Part shown: positions 11,192 to 21,537 of the stretch, piece by piece
Layout: each line of letters opens with the position of its first letter
Numbering within the stretch: the stretch's first letter is position 1
Virus record (IMG/VR): IMGVR_UViG_3300008459_007659
Location: 1-64,000 of that record
Direction: 5' to 3' (one strand)
Source of the DNA: an uncultured virus (IMG/VR IMGVR_UViG_3300008459_007659)
Taxonomy: Duplodnaviria; Heunggongvirae; Uroviricota; Caudoviricetes
Length of the DNA: 64,000 nucleotides
Program-made: the position numbers and the translations under genes
The notes under the pieces: generated by a model
What the model saw: the letters and a program-made list of their open reading frames with translations, nothing else
The model's database searches: none
What the model was told of the DNA's origin: nothing

Positions 11192-11863
11192 TTATAAAGT
11201 TTTAAATAATTCTGTAAATTCGGATAATGATTTTATCGTATATTTAGAATTAATTTGTTTATTGTAGTCAGTTTCAAATTTAATAACAATTTTATTTGAC
11301 GGATGGTTTAATAATAAGTCAGGATTAGATGTAAGTAAAATGTCTATACTATCCCAAACAGTATTTTTTGTTTGATTACTGTAAAAAAATACTTTCTCAA
11401 TTAAACACCCAAATTTGGATAGGAAAAACAATGAGGATGGTTTTGATTTACCTATTTCATCTGAAAAAATAATAATATCATTATCTTCTCTTAAATCCAA
11501 ATATAAATCGTTAAGGTAGTTGAATGACATGGTTTCCGTTGACGGAGCGTGCCCAAACAATTCCATAGTATAGTCTTCATACATAAACGAATATAATTCT
11601 TCTTTAGATTTAAATGAAAAGTGTTTATCTAATTCTAATGAATCAACATCACCTAAAATTTCGTATTTAAAATAATTAACATCAGTATTCTCATTCATTT
11701 CAACCAACTCATCAGTATCTCCCGAAAAAGTTAATTCATAAGTCTTATCTACGGACTCCATTTGAATATCGTTAGATTCAATTAAATGTTTTTCATACAG
11801 TTGTTTAAACTTCCCAATAGTATCCCTCAATACACCATTAATCTCAATCCCTATTTTCTTCAT
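11192..11863 (-). CDS. HAD-fold 5'(3')-deoxyribonucleotidase-like protein with degenerate active site
   Basis: IGIEINGVLRD in place of IGIDxDGVL; DILLTSNP in place of DxLIDD. Confidence 0.55.
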   Translation of the reverse strand: MKKIGIEINGVLRDTIGKFKQLYEKHLIESNDIQMESVDKTYELTFSGDTDELVEMNENTDVNYFKYEILGDVDSLELDKHFSFKSKEELYSFMYEDYTMELFGHAPSTETMSFNYLNDLYLDLREDNDIIIFSDEIGKSKPSSLFFLSKFGCLIEKVFFYSNQTKNTVWDSIDILLTSNPDLLLNHPSNKIVIKFETDYNKQINSKYTIKSLSEFTELFKTL

Positions 11864-12578
11864 ACTTATCCAAAATTTTACTAATTAATGGGTTTCTAAC
11901 ATTTTTAGCATTTCTAAAATCATAAACACCAATGTTATTAACATTTTTAAATCGTTGTAATGCGTCGTATAGTCCTGATTGTGTTTTATCTTTATATCTG
12001 TCTGTTTGTTCTAAATCTCCTGAAATAAAAAACTTACTATTAAAACCAATTCTTGTAAGTAATAGTTTCATTTGATTTGGCGTTGAGTTTTGTGATTCTT
12101 CAAATATCAAAATTGAATTGTCAATATTCATACCTCTCATATAAGCCAAGGCAAATACCTCAATAATGTCTGCCTTTTTTAACTCTTCTCTTGCCTCTTT
12201 ACCGATGATTTTATTCAAAAGATAGTAAGAAGGGAATATATACGGATCCAATTTTTCCTCAAGATTTCCAGGTAAAGAACCTAACTTTTCTTCCGCTTCA
12301 ACTGCGGGTCTAACAATAATTAATTTTTCATAACCATTGTTTGGATCCATTAATAAATCCACCGCCGCTTTCATTGAGATGTAACTTTTACCAACCCCTG
12401 CTGGACCTGAACAAATTGTAATTTCATTTTCTTTAAGGAGGTTATAATACTCTTCCTGATTTGGGGATAAGAATTTATTCTTTTGTTTTCTTTTGATTAC
12501 TGAATTAATAAATTCTTTTTTTGAGAACGGTTTAGATTCTTGTTCCTCGTTCTGTTGTAATGGTTTTTTTCTAGTCAT
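11844..12578 (-). CDS. phoH: PhoH-family ATPase
   Basis: GPAGVGKS Walker A, RPAVEA, LGSLPG, AYMRG, EESQN, LTRIG, GDLEQTD, VRNPL motifs. Confidence 0.93.
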   Translation of the reverse strand: MTRKKPLQQNEEQESKPFSKKEFINSVIKRKQKNKFLSPNQEEYYNLLKENEITICSGPAGVGKSYISMKAAVDLLMDPNNGYEKLIIVRPAVEAEEKLGSLPGNLEEKLDPYIFPSYYLLNKIIGKEAREELKKADIIEVFALAYMRGMNIDNSILIFEESQNSTPNQMKLLLTRIGFNSKFFISGDLEQTDRYKDKTQSGLYDALQRFKNVNNIGVYDFRNAKNVRNPLISKILDKYEENRD

Positions 12579-12583
12579 CTACT

Positions 12584-13495
12584 TTATTTTCTTATAATAT
12601 TAAAATTATTTTCAAAGAATTCAATAGTTTCTTTTAACCCTTCATATATTGGTGTAAATTTAAAATCAGGTAAATATTTTTTTATTTTACTATTGTCACT
12701 TGGTTTTCTAAATTGTCCGTCAGGTTTTGTGGTGTCCCATACTACCTCACCTTTAAAATTCATAAGTTCTATTATCATACCAACAACATCTTTAATTGAT
12801 ATTTCTTCTGATGTTGATAATATTATTGGTTCACTTTCGTCATATTCTTGTAATACCCATTCAGTTAATTTTGCAACATCTTTACTAAAAATAAATTCTC
12901 TTAAAGGATTACCACTACCCCAAATAGTAAATGGTGTTTTATTTTCTCTTGCTAAATAACATTTATGTATTAATGAAGGAATAACATGACCATTCACAAT
13001 ATTATAATTGTCATTCGGTCCATAAATATTACAGGGTATAACTGATTTATAATTTAACCCATATTGTTCTCTGTATGATCTAATTTGTATATCAACCATT
13101 CTTTTTGCATATGCATAAGCATCATTTGATGTATGGGGAGGACCCATATGTATCTTTGATTCAGTAAGAGGGTATTCAACATTATCAGGAAAAATACAAG
13201 TAGATAAAAAAGAAACTAAATTTTTTACACCACATAATCTTGCTCCCTCAATAATGTTTGTATTCATCATAACATTATCATAAAAAAATTCTCCCTTATA
13301 TCTCATATTGGCTCCAATCCCACCAACCTTTGCCGCACAATGTATAACACTATCAAATCCTTTTAAAAGTAATGCATAAGTTTGATTTTTATCAACCAAA
13401 TTGTAATCTTTAGAAGAAAAATTATAATACTTATCTCCAATAAATTCAGAACCAACTAAACCATTTCCTCCTGTAACTAATATTTTATTTTCCAT
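12584..13495 (-). CDS. fcl: GDP-L-fucose synthase
   Basis: GGNGLVG, AAKVGGI, STCIFP, YAYAK, PCNIYGPNDN, WGSGNPLREF motifs. Confidence 0.92.
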   Translation of the reverse strand: MENKILVTGGNGLVGSEFIGDKYYNFSSKDYNLVDKNQTYALLLKGFDSVIHCAAKVGGIGANMRYKGEFFYDNVMMNTNIIEGARLCGVKNLVSFLSTCIFPDNVEYPLTESKIHMGPPHTSNDAYAYAKRMVDIQIRSYREQYGLNYKSVIPCNIYGPNDNYNIVNGHVIPSLIHKCYLARENKTPFTIWGSGNPLREFIFSKDVAKLTEWVLQEYDESEPIILSTSEEISIKDVVGMIIELMNFKGEVVWDTTKPDGQFRKPSDNSKIKKYLPDFKFTPIYEGLKETIEFFENNFNIIRK

Positions 13496-14459
13496 AATAA
13501 TCTAACCAATATTGAACCATCTCATCTAACATAGACTCAAAAGTGTATTTAGGGTTCCACCCAAGTTTATTTCTTAGTTTAGAAGAATCTCCTTTTAAAT
13601 CATGTAATTCTTCAGGTCTAAAATGTTTTTCATCAACAACAACATAATCTCTAAAATCTAAATTTAATTTAGAAAAAGTATAATCACATAAATCCTTTAC
13701 TGAGTGAGATATTCCTGTTGAACACACATAATCATCGGGACTATCAGATTGTAACATCAACCACATTGCTTCAACATAATCTTTGGCGTGTCCCCAATCT
13801 CTGGTTGCATCAAGATTACCTAAATGTAAATTATCTTGTAAACCTAATTTAATTCTTACTGCTGCCTTTACGACTTTGTTAGTTACAAAATTTGTTCCTC
13901 TTCTTGGTGATTCGTGGTTGAACAGTATACCGTTCCATATTTTCATTCCATAAGAGTTTCTGTAATTTCTACAAATATTGTATGAGAATACTTTTGCGCA
14001 ACCGTATGGTGAAACTGGATTCATAGGGGTTATTTCTCGTTGATATCCATCCTCATCTATATTATTACCAAACATCTCAGAAGAAGATGCTTGATATATT
14101 TTTGAATGGGGGGATACCATTCTCACCGCTTCTAATAAATTTAATGTACCTAATCCTGTTGCATTTGCGGTATATATTGGTTGATCAAAAGAAATTCTAA
14201 CGTGAGATTGTGCAGCTAAATTATACACCTCATCAGGTTGTACTTTTTGTAAAACTCTAACTAATGATGCCATATCAGTTAGATCAGCATATTCTAAATT
14301 TATTTTATTTTCATCTCTTAAATTATTTATTCTTGATGATTGTGTTTCAGAAACTGAATTTCTTTTTACTGTACCCCATACTTCATAACCTTTATTAACT
14401 AAAAGTTCTGCAAGATAAGATCCGTCCTGACCATTTATACCTGTTATTAATGATTTCAT
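13485..14459 (-). CDS. gmd: GDP-mannose 4,6-dehydratase
   Basis: ITGINGQDGSYLAE, NLAAQSHV, QASSSEMFG, SPYGCAK, FNHESPRRG, RDWGHAKDY. Confidence 0.95.
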   Translation of the reverse strand: MKSLITGINGQDGSYLAELLVNKGYEVWGTVKRNSVSETQSSRINNLRDENKINLEYADLTDMASLVRVLQKVQPDEVYNLAAQSHVRISFDQPIYTANATGLGTLNLLEAVRMVSPHSKIYQASSSEMFGNNIDEDGYQREITPMNPVSPYGCAKVFSYNICRNYRNSYGMKIWNGILFNHESPRRGTNFVTNKVVKAAVRIKLGLQDNLHLGNLDATRDWGHAKDYVEAMWLMLQSDSPDDYVCSTGISHSVKDLCDYTFSKLNLDFRDYVVVDEKHFRPEELHDLKGDSSKLRNKLGWNPKYTFESMLDEMVQYWLDYYGK

Positions 14460-14462
14460 TAT

Positions 14463-15401
14463 TTATATAGTATTTTTTATTTGTTTATAAAAATTTTCAC
14501 TTATCAGTTTTGTTTTAGATCTATTACCAACCTTGAATGGTTCAATCTCATTTAAACTTTTTGGACAAGATAAAATAAACCCGTCAAATTGAAAACTTTC
14601 ATTATCAAAGTCACATGAGCAAAGTATTTTGTAATTATTCTTTTCAAGAAATTCAACACAATCGTAATGTAATTTATTACTGTGAGTTGAAATAAAAAGG
14701 TATTTTATTTTTTGACTCTTAAGTAAATCTTCTATTTGATGTAACATGACGTATTCTTCTCCCTGAATGTCAGAATGTAATAAATCAACTCCCTCAATGT
14801 TTTTAGATTTCAAATAATCATATAAATTTATACCTTCGTTGGATATGAATCCTTTAGTTATATCATATTCTAAATTATTTAGAATAAAATTTTTTATTCC
14901 TAAATCAATGTTACTTTGTATTGGTTCAATACAATATGATTTTGAATTTTTAATTTCTTTCATGAACCATATTGAATACATTGACCAATAACTGCCAAGT
15001 TCCACCATTATTGAGTTTTCACCTAATACATTCAAAACCTTTTTGAATGCCCTTTCTTCTGATGGTTCATGAACACCTAAGTTGTAACGTAGAATATTAA
15101 TGAAATTACCGTAGTATTCTGAGTGTATTTTTAATCCATTATGTAGAGTTATCAAATCACCATCAATAAAACCAGCATCTTTATGTCTTTCTATAAAAAG
15201 GTTATTTGGATCCGATATGATATCTATAAATCGACCATCAAAATCGTCAGGGTTACCCAAACCCCCCTTTTCGTTGGTTTCAGTAGTTTTTAAAACTTCA
15301 AAAATTTTATCATCATAATATTTGTCACCATAGTTGTTTTCTAAATTATCGTAACCAAAATTAAATAAATAATCTTTTATTTCTTTATGTGGATTAATCA
15401 T
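14463..15401 (-). CDS. FkbM-like SAM methyltransferase
   Basis: VELGSYW, CIEP, LHSDIQGEE motifs. Confidence 0.7.
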   Translation of the reverse strand: MINPHKEIKDYLFNFGYDNLENNYGDKYYDDKIFEVLKTTETNEKGGLGNPDDFDGRFIDIISDPNNLFIERHKDAGFIDGDLITLHNGLKIHSEYYGNFINILRYNLGVHEPSEERAFKKVLNVLGENSIMVELGSYWSMYSIWFMKEIKNSKSYCIEPIQSNIDLGIKNFILNNLEYDITKGFISNEGINLYDYLKSKNIEGVDLLHSDIQGEEYVMLHQIEDLLKSQKIKYLFISTHSNKLHYDCVEFLEKNNYKILCSCDFDNESFQFDGFILSCPKSLNEIEPFKVGNRSKTKLISENFYKQIKNTI

Positions 15402-16027
15402 TTGTGTAGTATTATGTTTACATTATTCTCAAAAAGAACTTTGTTTATATTATGACTACCACAATAGTCTATGATTTCATTTTTAATTATGTTATTATGT
15501 TCTAAAACTAATAATTCTACCCCCATATTGGTTAAATCTAATTGTCTTAGAATATCTAAATCAACCCCTTCAATATCAATACTTACAAAATCAAATTTTT
15601 TATAAGGTACCGACGTTAAAACGGTATCAATTGTATCACATTCAATTTCAAACTCAGAAAAACTACCCCATGATGATGTTCTTTCATAACTTGATAAATC
15701 GATTGTAGATAACAAGTCCATATTATCTCCCGCGGTTGGGTTATGATGAAAGGTGTTATGATAAAAAGTGGTTTTAAGTTTTTCCTTTGATAGGCATTTT
15801 TCCACACATACAACTTTGTTTGAGTTTTCATACAAAGTTTTTAATTTTTTAAATGTCAGTGGAGACGCTTCAACTAAAACCCCTCCCCATCCATTTTCAA
15901 TAAGTAATCTTGAGTTACTAAAAGTAATTCCGTCATTAGCCCCAAGATCTAGTAAATTACCTATTTTACCGTTAAAATAGTCAAACACTATTAAATCCTC
16001 CCTGTATTGGGAATATGTTTTTTTCAT
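15398..16027 (-). CDS. FkbM-family methyltransferase
   Basis: LDLGANDG, GVLVEA, SIDIEG. Confidence 0.85.
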   Translation of the reverse strand: MKKTYSQYREDLIVFDYFNGKIGNLLDLGANDGITFSNSRLLIENGWGGVLVEASPLTFKKLKTLYENSNKVVCVEKCLSKEKLKTTFYHNTFHHNPTAGDNMDLLSTIDLSSYERTSSWGSFSEFEIECDTIDTVLTSVPYKKFDFVSIDIEGVDLDILRQLDLTNMGVELLVLEHNNIIKNEIIDYCGSHNINKVLFENNVNIILHK

Positions 16028-16036
16028 ATATTAATT

Positions 16037-16648
16037 TTAAATTAAAAATTGTTTATTTTTGAAAATTAAATTTGACCACTTTTCATCTTCTTTGATATGA
16101 TGACTTAGTTCAAAATTATTTGATTCAAAAAAATCTATAATTTTATAACATTTAGCCTCGTTTTCATACAAACTTTGTTCATCTTTGGTTGAAAAGCATT
16201 CTAGTTGTATTGATTTGAAATTTTTAATGTAATTACCCAATGATTCTACTACGTCTAAGTCACTTCCTTGTGTGTCAATTTTTAAAAAACTTATTACTTT
16301 ATCTGACAAATTGTTTTCTATTAAAAATGTAGATAGTTTAGATACTTTTACGTTAATAACATTCATTAGTTGTAACCGTACTTTTTTATCCCATTTATCT
16401 TTATAATCGGTAAATGGTTTTAACGAGCTAGTATAGTGGGGTTCATTAACATAAAACTCCGACATACCGTCATTGTTGTTTATTGCGTAATTAAAAACCT
16501 TTATGTTTTTGTGGTTTAATTCTAAAGATTTTAATTTTTCATATAAATGTGGTACAGGCTCAAAGGCAAAAATCATATTGTTTTCATCATCTAAATATTG
16601 ACTTAAAAATGATCCTTCATTTGCCCCAACGTCTATTATAATATTCAT
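16037..16648 (-). CDS. FkbM-family methyltransferase
   Basis: IDVGANEG, FAFEP, LKIDTQGSD. Confidence 0.85.
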   Translation of the reverse strand: MNIIIDVGANEGSFLSQYLDDENNMIFAFEPVPHLYEKLKSLELNHKNIKVFNYAINNNDGMSEFYVNEPHYTSSLKPFTDYKDKWDKKVRLQLMNVINVKVSKLSTFLIENNLSDKVISFLKIDTQGSDLDVVESLGNYIKNFKSIQLECFSTKDEQSLYENEAKCYKIIDFFESNNFELSHHIKEDEKWSNLIFKNKQFLI

Positions 16649-17421
16649 TTTTTTAAAATTTTTATTTCGTTATTTTCAAATTTTGTGTAATACATACAAT
16701 TTTTTATGTTTGATAAATTACCATTAATTAATGAGTCGTTTATTTTTTGTTCATTTTGCCAATATGATGTTTCATATATGTCTGAAAATTTTTTATCAGT
16801 ATTTGGTCCATAGTTATGTCTGTGATGTATGCAAAAAATTGTTTCGGTACAGTCAATTGCTGTGTGTTCTTTTATTGCTTTATTCATTAAAAAATTATCA
16901 AACCTCATTCTTGCAATAAAAAATTTTGGAACATCTAAAAATACGTGCTTTTTAAAAATAAAATAATCTATAGCCCACTCACCATGAACACTTAAATTTT
17001 CAAATAAATTAAAATTAGGGATAGTATCTAATAAGGTGTAGTTGTGCCAATCATATTTTTGACCAACAAGAACAAAATCATTGATAGACTTGTTAACGGT
17101 ATTTATAGTGTTTAATAAGGTTTCATCAAACATAACATCAGAATTAACCCAAACAATAACATCACTATTTTCCGCATGTTCAGAAGCAATATTTTTCATA
17201 CTAACCCATGTAGGTATATCACTATAGCTCGAGTGATCATAATCGGAAACAACCTCAACATCCAAATCTTCACACATATCAATCACTGATTGGTTTTTGT
17301 TAAAAACAAGAATTTTTTTATCAATAGGTAATCTTGACCAACTACGAATTGAGTTTTTTTGCATAATAGTTATATCTTCATTATTTAATGGTTTACAAGA
17401 TGTAATAAAAATTAATTTCAT
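16645..17421 (-). CDS. Putative GT-A glycosyltransferase
   Basis: VNSDV motif, IDYFIF, FDN; glycan-cluster context. Confidence 0.55.
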   Translation of the reverse strand: MKLIFITSCKPLNNEDITIMQKNSIRSWSRLPIDKKILVFNKNQSVIDMCEDLDVEVVSDYDHSSYSDIPTWVSMKNIASEHAENSDVIVWVNSDVMFDETLLNTINTVNKSINDFVLVGQKYDWHNYTLLDTIPNFNLFENLSVHGEWAIDYFIFKKHVFLDVPKFFIARMRFDNFLMNKAIKEHTAIDCTETIFCIHHRHNYGPNTDKKFSDIYETSYWQNEQKINDSLINGNLSNIKNCMYYTKFENNEIKILKK

Positions 17422-18197
17422 TAGATGTTTTTAAGTATTTTATCTTTCCAATAATCATAATCAATAATATCTAAATTGTAATTATTAGAAATGATTTCAT
17501 TATATTTTTTATCAATTAAATCGTAATCTAATAAATCTTCTATTTTATCTAAAATAATAATTGGTAAAGTTTCGTAAAGTTTATAAATTCCGTAATTATT
17601 AACCTTTACTGTTATAGGGATTCTATTGGAATACAATACTTCCCATAATCTATGGGTATCTACTCCGTTACCTACGGGACATAATATCATTTTATAATCA
17701 AGCATCCTATTAAAAAAATCATGTAAGGACAGATTACTTTCCTCCCAATCTATATGTGGACATCCGATTGAAATATTTTTGTATTTTATTCTTTCTGTAT
17801 AATTTGTATGAATGTTAAAATTAGAATAAATAAATTTTTCAGGTTCTTTATTTTTTATGTTGTTTAACAGGTTCTCTTTTTCTTGAACCCTTTCAAAATA
17901 CCCAATACCATGATTGTATCTTAATGATTCTAATTTATTTTCTATTCCCATAGGAATAGGAATGACTAAATCTGAATTTGACAATGCGTTTTGTGCGTAC
18001 CATTTTTTAATATTTGAAGGTACATGGGAAACATGATAGTCGGTTATTGGGTAGTCAGAATTACCTGTGATTAAAATTACATCAGAATCAAGATTTTTTA
18101 TTGTATTAAATTCCTCAAATAAAAAATCTGTTTTACAAAAAATTATTTTATTACCATCATGAAGATTAGTGAATTTATTTAATTGTATGAAATTCAT
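17421..18197 (-). CDS. Exostosin/GT47-like glycosyltransferase
   Basis: LCPVGNGVDTHRLWEVLY..IPI resembles the GT47 C-terminal motif. Confidence 0.6.
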   Translation of the reverse strand: MNFIQLNKFTNLHDGNKIIFCKTDFLFEEFNTIKNLDSDVILITGNSDYPITDYHVSHVPSNIKKWYAQNALSNSDLVIPIPMGIENKLESLRYNHGIGYFERVQEKENLLNNIKNKEPEKFIYSNFNIHTNYTERIKYKNISIGCPHIDWEESNLSLHDFFNRMLDYKMILCPVGNGVDTHRLWEVLYSNRIPITVKVNNYGIYKLYETLPIIILDKIEDLLDYDLIDKKYNEIISNNYNLDIIDYDYWKDKILKNI

Positions 18198-18201
18198 AAT
18201 T

Positions 18202-18273
18202 TTATTTTTTAATGGTATTCATCAACAATTTTCCTTTTTCTGTTAATTCTATCATTTGTCTTTGTACTGTCAT
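18202..18273 (-). CDS. 23-aa small ORF (MTVQRQMIELTEKGKLLMNTIKK)
   Basis: ATGA overlap with the upstream stop; fills the only sizeable gap in the operon and stops 4 nt before the next ATG. Confidence 0.45.
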   Translation of the reverse strand: MTVQRQMIELTEKGKLLMNTIKK

Positions 18274-18950
18274 ATTAAATTGGTTTTTTTAAGTAATTCC
18301 ATTTCATCAACGTTTATTTGTTGTATGAAAAAATTTTTATCTTCTATATTAAAAGGTCTTTTTCTACCATATCCAAAATCAAATTCTTTTATATCATTAG
18401 GATATTTTTCATATAAAAAATGATGTTTTAGTTCTGTTAATAAATCATAATCGGCACTTGGGATATTAAGCCATTCAATAACAAATGTTAAAATAAAATC
18501 ATGTTTTACAATAAAAAAACTTTGTTCTACCCAATCACTATGTAAAATACTCATTAAAGATTTACATTGTTTATTTTCCAATTGTTCATAAACATTATTT
18601 ATATCACCAAAAAAAAGACAATCTTGTTCTTTATAAATAAAATCACAATTGTTATTATAACAAATTAATAATCCTATTAAAATTGAGAGGCTCCACCCAC
18701 TGAGGTGAAATTTTTTTGTTTTAATTAAATCACCAATGTGTCCTAAATTGTGTTCTAAATTAATAAATTCCGTGTTATCATATTTTTCCTTCTCAAAGTT
18801 TCCGTCAATATTAATCACATAAATTTTATTATTTGTGAATTTTCTGGTATTTTTATACCATATATCAAAAAATTTATCTTTGTCAAATCCTGAATACATT
18901 TTGTTATTACCCTGAAAATATCCGGTAATAATATTAAAATTATTATTCAT
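18270..18950 (-). CDS. Putative glycosyltransferase-like protein
   Basis: YKEQDCL (DxD-like position); glycan-cluster context. Confidence 0.45.
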   Translation of the reverse strand: MNNNFNIITGYFQGNNKMYSGFDKDKFFDIWYKNTRKFTNNKIYVINIDGNFEKEKYDNTEFINLEHNLGHIGDLIKTKKFHLSGWSLSILIGLLICYNNNCDFIYKEQDCLFFGDINNVYEQLENKQCKSLMSILHSDWVEQSFFIVKHDFILTFVIEWLNIPSADYDLLTELKHHFLYEKYPNDIKEFDFGYGRKRPFNIEDKNFFIQQINVDEMELLKKTNLI

Positions 18951-19636
18951 ATTATTGTAAAATTTAATTTGGATTGTGATTTTGTTGTACTATCTTTAAT
19001 TTTATTATTTTTAAGGTTTATATGGTAAAATAAATTACTATTCCTTAATTGTAATGAATCAAATAATAATTTAAAAGAACTATCTATAAAATGTGATTCA
19101 CAACTTTTTTCCATTAAATAACAATAATCAAAAATATTATTAGATAAACCTTTTTTTGGTGATATTATTGGTAAGTCTTTGTTTATTATTTTCCCTTTAT
19201 TAATTTCAAAATTTCTATCCAAATCGTCGTGTAAAAAAACATAGTTATTCTCCTTAACTTGATATAAATCAAATAATTTTTTTTCTGATTCTATATCACG
19301 ATTTACAAAAAATTTGTCCCATCTATAATCAAATGGTAAATTATTTTGAAGATAAAAACTGTCATCAAATTCTTTAGAATTAGGGTGTCTGTAAAATCCT
19401 GCAATTATTAATTCATTTTTATTTATATTATTTTCATTAATATAATTTTGAACAAAATCGTCGTCCCCAATTAAAAATGATAAATTATTTAAATCACGAT
19501 ACATAAATGATACACTATCTAAATTATGTGATTTGACAAACATTATATATTCTTCATTAGGGTTAATTAAAGAACGAACTAAACCATTACAAATTATGTG
19601 ATCACCTAAACCTAAATGATGATAGATATATTTCAT
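18947..19636 (-). CDS. Putative GT-B glycosyltransferase
   Basis: HHLGLGDHI N-terminus and HFIDSSF C-terminal motif (GT9-like). Confidence 0.5.
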   Translation of the reverse strand: MKYIYHHLGLGDHIICNGLVRSLINPNEEYIMFVKSHNLDSVSFMYRDLNNLSFLIGDDDFVQNYINENNINKNELIIAGFYRHPNSKEFDDSFYLQNNLPFDYRWDKFFVNRDIESEKKLFDLYQVKENNYVFLHDDLDRNFEINKGKIINKDLPIISPKKGLSNNIFDYCYLMEKSCESHFIDSSFKLLFDSLQLRNSNLFYHINLKNNKIKDSTTKSQSKLNFTII

Positions 19637-19642
19637 GAACTT

Positions 19643-20266
19643 TTAATTACAAAAATTATTTAATTCATTCATCTCATTAAAATTTTTTATATGATGAAAT
19701 GTTATATTATTTTTTATTTCATTTTGATTAATGTTATATGATAATGGGGGTTCAGAATGAAACATCTCATCTGTTTTCATTTTTATACCACACTCAATTA
19801 AATTTAAACCTAATGTTACATCGGCAAACATCGTATTTTTATGATGTATTTTTTCACAAAGAACATTTAATACTTCTCTATGTAACAATACCCCACCGCC
19901 CCCTGAATGATAAAACAAATCTTTCATTTTAGGCCAACAATTAATTAAAAATCCGTACGCTGATTTAGTATCACAACCCACAACAAATTCTTCTAATTTT
20001 TTTGTGTTTACAAATGTATCATCATCACAGAAAAAAAACCATTCCTTATCTAAAAAATTATTTTTTAGATATTTAAAAATGTTTATATGTTTCTCTTCTA
20101 AACTCCAATAGTCGGATTTATCAGTGACTTTAATGGTTTTTTCATCTTTACCATCATCATCTGAGTAAAAAAATAAATCCTGATTTTTTCCCCATGTTTC
20201 AGAAACATTTCTTTGTCTATCCAAGTATATTTTACTTGTCATTACAAAATAAGTAATTTTTTTCAT
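19643..20266 (-). CDS. Fringe/GT31-like beta-1,3-glycosyltransferase
   Basis: WFFFCDDDTFVN, YHSGGGGVLL, ADVTLG, ITFHH match the Fringe/C1GalT motif order. Confidence 0.8.
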   Translation of the reverse strand: MKKITYFVMTSKIYLDRQRNVSETWGKNQDLFFYSDDDGKDEKTIKVTDKSDYWSLEEKHINIFKYLKNNFLDKEWFFFCDDDTFVNTKKLEEFVVGCDTKSAYGFLINCWPKMKDLFYHSGGGGVLLHREVLNVLCEKIHHKNTMFADVTLGLNLIECGIKMKTDEMFHSEPPLSYNINQNEIKNNITFHHIKNFNEMNELNNFCN

Positions 20267-20272
20267 ATTAAA

Positions 20273-20857
20273 TTAAAACCATTGATGTAGATTAATTCCT
20301 AAAGAAGTGATTTGATTTACTAATTCATTTTTAGTTTGTTCATTTTCTTTTGGCATAAATCTTTCGTGAAACTCAACATAAAGTTCATTAATTTTTTTTA
20401 TAGAACCTTTCTCCAGTAAGTCTCTAAGAACTGCAAATTCACTCCCCTCAATATCCATTTTACAAACAATATAATCATCATCATTATACTGTTGGAGAAA
20501 GTTACTTAATGAAATTGATTCTACCTCAACCTTTGTTTCATATCCTGGATGAATAAATCCAATATTGTCAATTGACGACCCCCAACCATCAACATCTGAT
20601 TGTCCATCGTGAGGTGAACCTGAACGACTTTTTCTGTGGTTTTCTTGGTTAAAAAATACTGTTCCATCCTCAATCCACACCGCTTTTTGATGTGGTGTAA
20701 CATTGTACGGAATTTGTTTTATTCTTTCAATAATGTTACAAGCTGGATTAGCTTCAAATGTGTGAATTTCAAAATCTTCAGTTACAATTTTTTTACCTAT
20801 AAAATCTTTTAACCCCTCACATAAATGTGTTCCGCAATCTAAAAATACTTTTTTCAT
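20273..20857 (-). CDS. FkbM-family methyltransferase
   Basis: FLDCGTH, TFEAN, KMDIEGSE, VEFH. Confidence 0.8.
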   Translation of the reverse strand: MKKVFLDCGTHLCEGLKDFIGKKIVTEDFEIHTFEANPACNIIERIKQIPYNVTPHQKAVWIEDGTVFFNQENHRKSRSGSPHDGQSDVDGWGSSIDNIGFIHPGYETKVEVESISLSNFLQQYNDDDYIVCKMDIEGSEFAVLRDLLEKGSIKKINELYVEFHERFMPKENEQTKNELVNQITSLGINLHQWF

Positions 20858-20889
20858 ATTTTATTTTATTTTATTTTATTTAATATTAT

Positions 20890-21537
20890 CTACACTAATT
20901 TTGAGTGTTCTGGATAAATCATATCATCGTTCTCATTAAATGCTTGACCAACAAATCTATTATTTTCTCTTTTAGATGGAAATGGTTTATTATTAAAAAA
21001 CTCATCATGAACCACACAATTATCTTTAATTAACGGGTAAATAATATCTTTAAGAAAAAATTGATCTACTTGCCAAAAATTACCCTTAACATACTCATCA
21101 ATTTTTGTTTTCATATTATGTATTGTTCCTTTTTTTGATCCCCACATTCCACCAAGTATTTCTATGTTATGATACGGGTGATCTTTCATAATATGAAATC
21201 CTTTATCAGACTCTAACCATTCATCAACGGCATTTTTTTCTCTTTCATTTAATCTTGAGTCACAATCTCTAACAATTACAACATCAACATCATCTTCACT
21301 TGATGGGTAAAACCTCCAGAACATTCCTGTCCAATCACCATCAGTGTCCATTAAAATAATTTCGGTGTTATCAAAACTATTTAATTTTTCTATAATTTCT
21401 GTCGGAACACTTTTTCCAACATAATATCTACATATCCAATCAGGATAAATAGTTTTAGCAAGTTCAGAATTTTTAATCGCACCAATATTATATATTGGAT
21501 TTGTTCCCCATAAACTAAAAGATATTATTTTTTTCAT
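20890..21537 (-). CDS. Putative glycosyltransferase-like protein
   Basis: IISFSLWG, MFWRF, RDCDSR (DxD), GGMWG, DQFFL. Confidence 0.55.
   Translation of the reverse strand: MKKIISFSLWGTNPIYNIGAIKNSELAKTIYPDWICRYYVGKSVPTEIIEKLNSFDNTEIILMDTDGDWTGMFWRFYPSSEDDVDVVIVRDCDSRLNEREKNAVDEWLESDKGFHIMKDHPYHNIEILGGMWGSKKGTIHNMKTKIDEYVKGNFWQVDQFFLKDIIYPLIKDNCVVHDEFFNNKPFPSKRENNRFVGQAFNENDDMIYPEHSKLV

Noticed and set aside
20858..20881. (ATTTT)n microsatellite as a phase-variation switch
   Set aside because: Short, intergenic and expected in A-rich leaders of an AT-rich genome
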